Shown here piece by piece: positions 16,267 through 24,700 of a DNA stretch of 45,592 nt (positions within the stretch are counted from its first letter, which is position 1; every line of letters starts with the position of its first letter). The DNA is from a virus: IMG/VR virus record IMGVR_UViG_3300021956_000002, positions 1 to 45,592 of that record. One strand, given 5' to 3'. The notes under the pieces were generated by a model. It saw nothing but the letters and a program-made list of their open reading frames with translations. It made no database searches and had not been told where the DNA came from. The translations under genes and the position numbers were made by a program.

Positions 16267-17558
16267 TGGATTTTGATTCAAATTATGGAATAATAATAGA
16301 CAGTCTTAGTACTATAACCAGTAACTACCTTAGTGATTTTCAGAATGTATTCTCAGACGCTACAGACGCTGACAGTCCAACTTACGTCATAGCTTCAATT
16401 ACAGCGAAGTATGATAACATAATACAACAAGCTTTGCAAACTTTGTGGAATGCCCAGAATAGAGCAACTGCAAATGGTCTTGGTTTGGATATAATAAATA
16501 CATCGATAAGTAACTTGTATAGAAAAGACGTAATACCTAGTACTTGTGTGATAACTTTTACTGTGAATCTAAATCCAGGAGGAGCTACGCCAGCGATAAC
16601 TTCGTTGACGATACCTGTAACCTGGGCTGTGACTTCTAACTCTGTAAATCCCACTCCTACTTATTATCCTACCCAAAGTCATACTTATACGGCTAGTGGT
16701 ACTTATAGTATCATTGTTACAAGTACAGACATAACAACCAATGTACCTATTGGTGCACTGAACACAGCGTCTACCCTTGGTGGATATGTATCCAGTGTGA
16801 GTAACGCAGCTGCAGCGATACTAGGGTCTCCTAGACAATCTGACGCAGCATATAATGCAGCTGCTAAGTACTATATAAACATTGCTGGACAGAGTTACTA
16901 CGGCTTAGAGAAAGCTATACTAAGTCTAAACATTGCTGCCCTTAGGTCAGTGTTCGTAGTAGAGACGATTGATGTGTCGACAAGTCGTGGTGCGACTGTA
17001 TACCTTGAATACCCAGCTACACAGGCAGGAGGTACTTTTGACCTCACTGATATAAACTTACAGAATATAGCAACCGCCGTGTATGACTTTCATACTTTTG
17101 GGACTAATACTTATTCCGGAGGCACCGGTGCAACATTATTCCCAGTACAAACTCCTTATGGGGGCTATACTAGTTCTGTGTATCTCACACCTATGCAGCT
17201 AGCTAGAGTCGGTGTATCTTTGGACTTTATCTACAATGAGAATCCTTACGATGCAGGGTTTAATGGCCAAGTATTTCCATTAACTCAGTTAGCTACTTTA
17301 CGTAGTTCATTGTTGACTTTGATAAATAACTACTTCCGAAGTAAGACTTTGCCTTCAGATATCCTATATGACATAAATGAATTAAGAGTCATCATACAAA
17401 ATACATACGTCGGGTTGGTTGACCTTCGTAATTTCTTCTTCACAACTTATTCTCCAACAACGAATAACTTAGTTTATATTCGTAGACCTATAGGATACAC
17501 GTATAACTTAGCTGACGCTGACTTCACCTTTAGTGCTATAATAAAGGAGAGCGCATGA
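16266..17558 (+). CDS. Baseplate J-like wedge protein
   Basis: 430 aa, directly after the gp25-like gene. Confidence 0.5.
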   Translation: MDFDSNYGIIIDSLSTITSNYLSDFQNVFSDATDADSPTYVIASITAKYDNIIQQALQTLWNAQNRATANGLGLDIINTSISNLYRKDVIPSTCVITFTVNLNPGGATPAITSLTIPVTWAVTSNSVNPTPTYYPTQSHTYTASGTYSIIVTSTDITTNVPIGALNTASTLGGYVSSVSNAAAAILGSPRQSDAAYNAAAKYYINIAGQSYYGLEKAILSLNIAALRSVFVVETIDVSTSRGATVYLEYPATQAGGTFDLTDINLQNIATAVYDFHTFGTNTYSGGTGATLFPVQTPYGGYTSSVYLTPMQLARVGVSLDFIYNENPYDAGFNGQVFPLTQLATLRSSLLTLINNYFRSKTLPSDILYDINELRVIIQNTYVGLVDLRNFFFTTYSPTTNNLVYIRRPIGYTYNLADADFTFSAIIKESA

Positions 17559-18202
17559 TAACACCGCAACCTTTTGACAATGCTTACCCTACGGTGTTGC
17601 CTGCGTTGGACTTTGTTCAGTTGTTCAAAGGCTGGGTTCCTACAGTTTATCAGAATTCTCCTAAGTTTGTTGAGTTACTTACTGTCATAGCCCTACGTAA
17701 GCAATATTATTACGACGTCTTACGTAGTCTTATTAATGTGCTTAACTACCAACTAGCTGAAGGTGATTATCTAAAGATAGCTGCTAGTCAATTAGGGGTC
17801 CCTGTAAGTAGTACTGACACAGATATTACGATAAGGACTAATATTAACAATAGAACAATATTCATAAACTCTAGAGGAAAAATATCTGACTTCTATTCTT
17901 ATTATCAAAATAATAACATACTATCTCAATTTAACAATACAGACGTAGTAGAGTCAGGAAATGCTACAATAAGCATAAATACAACTCTGACTCCTTCTAG
18001 TGTTGCTTATAATAAATTTATATATGACCTTTCCAAACTAAAAGGCTCTGGTATAAAATTAATAGTCAACAGTACTACCCTGACCTATTACCAATTAGGT
18101 AAACCCGATTCTACCTTAGGTACAGACGGGGCTAGTGAAGCTAACTCCGATATTTCTGGAAATATAACTGGTGGTGGATTCTATAAGACAACTAACACAT
18201 AA
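17555..18202 (+). CDS. Baseplate/tail-fibre adaptor (gpI / DUF2612-like by position)
   Basis: 215 aa, after the J-like gene and before the fibre genes. Confidence 0.4.
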   Translation: MITPQPFDNAYPTVLPALDFVQLFKGWVPTVYQNSPKFVELLTVIALRKQYYYDVLRSLINVLNYQLAEGDYLKIAASQLGVPVSSTDTDITIRTNINNRTIFINSRGKISDFYSYYQNNNILSQFNNTDVVESGNATISINTTLTPSSVAYNKFIYDLSKLKGSGIKLIVNSTTLTYYQLGKPDSTLGTDGASEANSDISGNITGGGFYKTTNT

Positions 18203-18210
18203 GGATTGAT

Positions 18211-18990
18211 ATGGCAGCACCTACACAGCCTTCTCCACTTATATGGGCTAATGGAACTAATGCAATCAAGCTAGACCCTGGGAGTACTAAAAGAGCAACA
18301 GGGTGGGCTTATGACTCTACTACAGGATTCGGGGAATACCCTAAAATGGAGTGGGTTAATAACGAATTATATAATACGTCCCAATGGATAAACTATAATC
18401 AAGCAGTCGGGACTTATTTTTCTACACTTAATAATAATGGATCTTTCGGATATTCCATCTTAAGGCTTAATAGTCTTACCGACACAGTGGTTACGATAGG
18501 ATCTCGATTGCAACCTACTACTCTAATGCTCAATAACATATCTATTAATACTTCTGGAAAACCTGTATATGCTAATGGGGTATTCACTGCCCCTATTAAC
18601 GGTATATTCTCATTTGATGTAACATTGAATCTTAAGCTAGTAGGGCAAAATACTAATTACGATTCCACAGGCAGGTCTACTTACTTAAACTTATATTTCC
18701 AATCAGATGTAGTCACTAAAGGTTTGACTAAGATTAGTTATGGAAATAGATTAACTAGCTTTGGGGATTATAATAGAAACCAAGTATCAACTAATAGGAC
18801 TGCCTATACATCTATAAATTATAGAGTATATAGGAAGATGAGTCAAGGAGACACAGCTTTTGTCGGGTACTCCCTTAGTAATATAAATGTAGATTCCTCC
18901 CCAGTTCCTAATACTTATGTAGCAACTTTGTTAAAAAGTTCTCGGGTAATTGTAACTTGGGATACTTATCAATACTTTTATAACGGATAG
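18211..18990 (+). CDS. Short tail fibre paralog 1 with a C1q/TNF-like C-terminal domain
   Basis: The N-terminal anchor motif PSPLIWANGTNAIKLDPGSTKRATGWAYD is shared with the next two genes. The C-terminus has ANGVFTAPINGIFSF ... MSQGDTAFV. Confidence 0.6.
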   Translation: MAAPTQPSPLIWANGTNAIKLDPGSTKRATGWAYDSTTGFGEYPKMEWVNNELYNTSQWINYNQAVGTYFSTLNNNGSFGYSILRLNSLTDTVVTIGSRLQPTTLMLNNISINTSGKPVYANGVFTAPINGIFSFDVTLNLKLVGQNTNYDSTGRSTYLNLYFQSDVVTKGLTKISYGNRLTSFGDYNRNQVSTNRTAYTSINYRVYRKMSQGDTAFVGYSLSNINVDSSPVPNTYVATLLKSSRVIVTWDTYQYFYNG

Positions 18991-18994
18991 TCTT

Positions 18995-19834
18995 ATGAAT
19001 TTTGTTCCTCCGTCTAAGCCCTTAGTAGCTCTCCCTATATGGGCAATAGTTGCGGGTAATTCAGACATTAAAGATCCAGGACCTGCTAGGAAAGCTACTG
19101 GGATACAGTATAATGACACAACGTCCAATAAACTGGGGGAGAAATTTCCTTATCAGTTTGATAACTATCTTAGGAACCAAGTAGGCCAATGGGCCAGTTA
19201 CTCTAGTGACTTTGCTGACTACGTAACTGGGTTTTTTAACAACAACAATACGTTCACAAATTACAATTACAATTATACTTCAATCCCTACTGATAGTTAC
19301 TCATCCTTTTTTATAAACATGTCATTACTCAATGGCAAGCAAGCTATAACTTCCCCCAACAACCCTACTACTTTATTCTTTGATGCATTGCTAGCGTCTA
19401 GGTACCCTCAATATGCTATAAATATAATTAATTTAGCAACAGGGGATTTTACTTGTCCTCTTAGCGACTATTTTAATGTTGTTGTGTCAGGGTCTATCTA
19501 TGTGACTACTGATTATACTAAGGATGTAATAGGGGCTATGGGGGCTAATAATTCAGTAACCATCAGTGTATATGTGAACGGTGTCGAAGTATCCAGTAAC
19601 ATTCTTGGGGGAGAAAACATAGGGATGCCGGTAGATAATACACATACTAACCCCAATCCACTTCTTCCTATCTATTTTAATGACATAATTTATTGCAAAC
19701 AGTATGACGTCATTAATGTAAAAATAACAAATAACACCATGACTACGGGTAATTCCTTATGTCCTATGTACTATGGATTCGTTAATTCAACTTATAGTAG
19801 CCTAGAAACTTCAATATTATGGAACCTAATATGA
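18995..19834 (+). CDS. Short tail fibre paralog 2
   Basis: N-terminus LVALPIWAIVAGNSDIKDPGPARKATGIQYN. C-terminus ATGDFTCPLSDYFNVVV ... VYVNGVEV. Confidence 0.55.
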   Translation: MNFVPPSKPLVALPIWAIVAGNSDIKDPGPARKATGIQYNDTTSNKLGEKFPYQFDNYLRNQVGQWASYSSDFADYVTGFFNNNNTFTNYNYNYTSIPTDSYSSFFINMSLLNGKQAITSPNNPTTLFFDALLASRYPQYAINIINLATGDFTCPLSDYFNVVVSGSIYVTTDYTKDVIGAMGANNSVTISVYVNGVEVSSNILGGENIGMPVDNTHTNPNPLLPIYFNDIIYCKQYDVINVKITNNTMTTGNSLCPMYYGFVNSTYSSLETSILWNLI

Positions 19835-20712
19835 CTGATTCAACTAGTTTCCCAGTAAGGCCTAGTTCTATTCCTTTACCTACTTGGGCTACAGGGGGCA
19901 GCGCAGTAAAAGCAGACCCTGGAGATACTAAGAGAAAACTAGGTTGGGTATTCGATGCGACTAGGGGAGAGTGCGAAGTACAACGTATGGACTGGGTAAA
20001 CAATGAACTTTACAATTCAGGAACTTGGTATACTTATTTTGACACTTTCAACACAGCCTTAAAGAACTTATTATATCCTGTAGGTCCCGGGAACAACAGA
20101 GTTTACCCTACAGAGAGTAATGCGGGGTACCTAACTTGCAATCTTACTAAGACAACACAGAGATATGTGCAAGGTGACACAATAAAGGGGTTTGACTTAG
20201 ACCTAAGTGAGTCTAGTCTAAGTGTAACTGTTGACCCTAACACAGGGATATTCACAGTCAATAGAGACGATTCTTTAATGATAGATTTAAATCTTCATTT
20301 CTCTTTAGCGAATCTCCAAATAGAATCGAGTTTTAGTACTCTCCCCTATGACAATTTGGGGTCTGTCTCTTTCTCCATAGCAATTAATCACATTGTCAAT
20401 ACCCAAAACAATGTGTCTAAGCCTGTAGTCCAATTTAGTAGAAATTTTGGGTTTGACCATACTCCTTACTATAACCCGGATATATATGGACAAGGATATG
20501 TAAAAGTACACGCATATCAAGTACGGTCTACAATAATTAGAAATTTTAAGGCAGGTGATACTTTCTCGTTTACTGTTCCTTACCTGACTTACATTGTTAG
20601 TGAAGTTCCTCAGTACCCAGGCTTAGAACTCTCAGCGTACTCAGGCCCCTCTAATCCACCTATTATGACCACTGATAACGCTAGTTTCATTACTATAAGA
20701 TCTAAATTTTAG
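19819..20712 (+). CDS. Short tail fibre paralog 3. The start is possibly ATG 19831, which forms an ATGA overlap.
   Basis: N-terminus IPLPTWATGGSAVKADPGDTKRKLGWVFD. C-terminus NTGIFTVNRDDSLMIDL ... FKAGDTFSF. Confidence 0.55.
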   Translation: MEPNMTDSTSFPVRPSSIPLPTWATGGSAVKADPGDTKRKLGWVFDATRGECEVQRMDWVNNELYNSGTWYTYFDTFNTALKNLLYPVGPGNNRVYPTESNAGYLTCNLTKTTQRYVQGDTIKGFDLDLSESSLSVTVDPNTGIFTVNRDDSLMIDLNLHFSLANLQIESSFSTLPYDNLGSVSFSIAINHIVNTQNNVSKPVVQFSRNFGFDHTPYYNPDIYGQGYVKVHAYQVRSTIIRNFKAGDTFSFTVPYLTYIVSEVPQYPGLELSAYSGPSNPPIMTTDNASFITIRSKF

Positions 20713-20725
20713 AAGAGAGGAGTTT

Positions 20726-21109
20726 ATGAAAGCAACAGATTTTTCAGGACAAATAAGTGTAACAAGTCCTACTATGTTTGTATACAGTTTAGCTGGCGGA
20801 AATATCTCGTCAGACAGCTCAGTCAACAGTTTTGAGATACCAAAAGGGTTTAGTCTAGACATAAATAGCACATCGACTGACGCAGCAGGTGTAGTGAACT
20901 TATTCTTAACTAACGATGACCCTTCCTTGGTTACTTATACCCCGTCTCCTGCGTTTACTTTTAATATCTCGGCAGGGAAATTTGGCGGTTCAGGAAAACA
21001 AACATTTGACTCAGGATTCAGAGTCATGACAAAATACTTGGGGGTTTCTTTCACTAAGACCGCAGGTAGCAATGGTGTACTGAATATTTATGGAATAAGC
21101 ACCTATTAG
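20726..21109 (+). CDS. Small beta-rich virion-associated protein (unknown)
   Basis: 127 aa. GAGAGGAG RBS. Lies within the fibre cluster. Confidence 0.4.
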   Translation: MKATDFSGQISVTSPTMFVYSLAGGNISSDSSVNSFEIPKGFSLDINSTSTDAAGVVNLFLTNDDPSLVTYTPSPAFTFNISAGKFGGSGKQTFDSGFRVMTKYLGVSFTKTAGSNGVLNIYGISTY

Positions 21110-21117
21110 GGGGGACC

Positions 21118-21750
21118 ATGGGTTATTTAAATCCAACTTTTATAGGGGGAAGCGGCGGCGGTATAAGTCCCTCTGATAATATCACGATAACTGGGGTCTG
21201 GCAAGCAAGTGACCCCACTACAGCCCAGCAATTGGCTACTAAGAACTATGTAGACACACATAATACGCCCAACCCTAATAATGTAATAGCTGCCTGGAGT
21301 AATGCTACAGCGTACACTGTTGGTAGCTTTGTTTATACGGGGAACGCAATATGGTGTTGTAAGGTGGCTAATACGAACTCAGCGCCTACTTTGGCCAATA
21401 ATAACTGGGTGAGAGAAGCGGATACTGATACGTCTATTCGAAGAGTTTTTACTCAAAATATAAACGCTAACTATACTTGGCCTAAAGGCATATTCTGTGT
21501 AAGAGCAGCAGGACTGACAACGGATATCACAATAACCTTATCTGCTATCTCTTCTTTTGTTGATTCGGGGACGTCTAATCGCATTCAAGAGTTTATCCTA
21601 ATAAAAGCTGATAATGCCAAAAATATTTTATTAAATACGACTGAACCTGACAGATTCAGTGACGGTACTTCTTCAAAAGAAGTAATTGGAAATACAATTT
21701 TTAGATTCATTTTGGACTTTACAAGCGGTAATTGGAGGCTTAATCAATGA
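21118..21750 (+). CDS. Fibre-associated protein carrying the ATKxYVD motif
   Basis: 210 aa. DPTTAQQLATKNYVDTH is the same motif found in 21747.., 27159.. and 27917... Confidence 0.45.
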   Translation: MGYLNPTFIGGSGGGISPSDNITITGVWQASDPTTAQQLATKNYVDTHNTPNPNNVIAAWSNATAYTVGSFVYTGNAIWCCKVANTNSAPTLANNNWVREADTDTSIRRVFTQNINANYTWPKGIFCVRAAGLTTDITITLSAISSFVDSGTSNRIQEFILIKADNAKNILLNTTEPDRFSDGTSSKEVIGNTIFRFILDFTSGNWRLNQ

Positions 21751-24700
21751 CAGTAGCTAACAATAATATTAGCTATAATTTTGGCGGTATTATTAATTTT
21801 GACCAGAATATCCCTACTTGGGGTAACTATTTATATCGCTTAGACGCTACAAACCAAGACCTAACTATTATTATGCCCCCTATTCCGGATCCTAGTAACA
21901 ACTTTGACCCTGGGAGAATTGCATTTCAGAGAATAGACTCAGTGCCCAGCAGAGTGGTGACGATTACTTACGGCAATACAGGGAGCTATGTAATTCCTGT
22001 AACTACAGATGTCTTTGATTTTGTAGTTATCTTGGACCCAGATAACCCAGCAGAAGACATCGATGTCACAATAAGGAGATTATCTGCAAATACTGCAAGT
22101 CCTTCTATACAGTTGACTGGAGATGTAACCGCTCCCTCTAGTTCAAGTGGTACTCTGACTACAACGGTAGCTTCGGTAGGTGGAAAGACAGCGTCGGCTA
22201 TCGCACAAAGTGTTACAGATACAGTATCAGCGACGTCATCAAACACTAATTCCACTATTGTAAAAAGAGACGCATCTGGGAATTTCAGTACATCTCAGAT
22301 TACATTAGGAGCAGACCCCACAGCAAACTTACAAGCAGCTACTAAGCAGTACGTAGACAACAAAGGTATCGCTGCTTACCCAGCTGCATTTGTCGGCGGG
22401 ACTAACTTAAACATCGTAAAAAACTTTAACCCTACAGCTACTCCTGTCTGGAATACTGGGCATCTTTATGCAGTCCCAGCTAATACATTTAAGAATGTTG
22501 GCGACCGAATTGAGATGGAGTATTACTTAATAGCTCCCCCAGCCCCGTATTCTTTTCAGTTCTTAATTGGAATAATGGGGTATTCCCCAACTACTCCAAC
22601 ACCTTCTATACCTAATGATTCTCAAATAAAGACCAGAACTACACTGTCCATGGTTTCTCATCAGAATTTCTTAATAACAGCGGAAATGTTTGTAACCTCA
22701 GCAGACGGGAATACTCAGTATATCAGTATAGGGGAAGGACAGGGATATCCTGTCAATGAAAATTTTGAGATTGACTTTTATTGCTACTTCCTATGTTCTA
22801 AGTCAGACCAATTCACTATTTACAAGTCTCAATGGAATTTCTACCCAGCTCAAGGAACCCTGGGTTACTACCAAGCAGATGAAAAGACTATTCATCTGAG
22901 CTCAACCAACGCAACTTTGTCTAGCTTAATGCCACCTAGTAATACGTCGATTACTGCAAATATTTCTAGTTCAGACGTCAATGTCAATGTTACTTCTACT
23001 GCAGGATTCCCAACTGCGGGATATATTAAGATTGATAATGAAGTAATTATCTATACTGGGAAGACTGCCACATCTTTTACTGGGTTGTCGAGAGGACAAT
23101 TATCAACAACAGCTGCTGCACATACTTCCGGTGCTAATACCTACTTAATAGCGAACAACGTCCCCACTTCAGCCGCAGGGGCGACAGTGGTGTCTGCCAT
23201 TGTGACAGCTGCTATCCCTACAGTGGATGGGCTCTATGCCTTCAACATAGCTGGGAGTGGTGCAGCGTCGGCTGTTGCCGCAGGAGACATCGCTAGGCTG
23301 ACTTCAGGAGTTTGGGCTGTAGTTTACCCATATTCCACTATGACAGTATCCCAAGTTTATTCCTCGTCAACATCAGACTTATGGGCACTTGGCTCAGCAC
23401 AATGGTACGAAGTTCTAGGTGGGAATAACTTAACTAACTTTGTTCAGAACATTGCATTCAGTATATCTACTTTACCGAATGTGACTTGTGCCACAACTGC
23501 AAATATAACTTTGTCAGGTACTCAGACTATTGATGGCGTAGCAGTAGTCGCAGGTCAATATGTTCTAGTCAAGAATCAGACCTTACAATATAATAATGGT
23601 ATCTACCTTGTCGCAGCTGGGGCTTGGGTCCTTCAGATGTATAACTCTGGGTCTAATATTTATCAAACCCCGACAGGGACAACTTATGCGTCTCTGAATA
23701 TTAACAATGGCGTCCTCTATGTAAATTCTGGGACAGCAAATGCTAATAGTCAATTTCAATGTTCCATAGTAAACCCATCAAATACTATTGGAAATGTATT
23801 GTCAGCTGTTACTTTTACGTCTAAGAGAGTTTCTCCAAACAGAGATGTATTTAATTCATATGTATCAGTAAATGTAGGTAATAACTCTCAAAACAACGGA
23901 ACAAGTAGCTATCCTTACTTGACTCAAGCACAAGCGTTGACAGGGGCTTCGTTCCCTCATTGTATGAACTTAGCTGTGAGTGGCAGCGTGTACTCTGAAA
24001 GTCTAAGTGTAACAAGTGGGCAGAGTAACTTGTTGATCCAAGCACTAGACTCAAGTAAAAAAGGCGGTAAGTGCCAGATAAATGGTACTTATACGCTGGG
24101 GTCTAGTAACACTAGATTTAGTTTAAAAGACCTCACAGTAAACAGTGGTTCTAGTGCAGGAGTCATTTGTAGCACTGGGAACCTATATCGCCATGAATTT
24201 GAGAATATATTCTTCCAAGGTACTGGAACTTCTTTCTTAACAATTGCAAGTGACGCAGTAAACTGGATTACTTTCAGAAACATAGATGTAACTGGAGCAC
24301 CGAGTGCTAACTTAGCATTGCCTGCATTTGCAAATGCTTTCACCTTGAACATTTATGACCAAAGTTCCCGTCTACCTATTACAGGCCTCGGCGCTGTAAA
24401 TACCATTATAAATATGTATCAAGACAACCTTAACGTCAGAATATACAGAGATTTCTTAGGTACTTTGAATTATAGTGGTAATGCCTTTGACTACCCAGTC
24501 AATGGAATGATTACTTCATATCAAACATTGATGACTATGAGTCAATGGACAACTGACACAAGTTACAATGGATTATGGTTAATAGTCGGGGCTTTGCCTC
24601 CGACGATAGCGATTACTGGAACAAGTTCTTCTGGTGGGCTAGTCACTTTGTCCTTTGCTACTCTAGGATACGTCCCTGCAATAGTAGGAAGCTACTTAGT

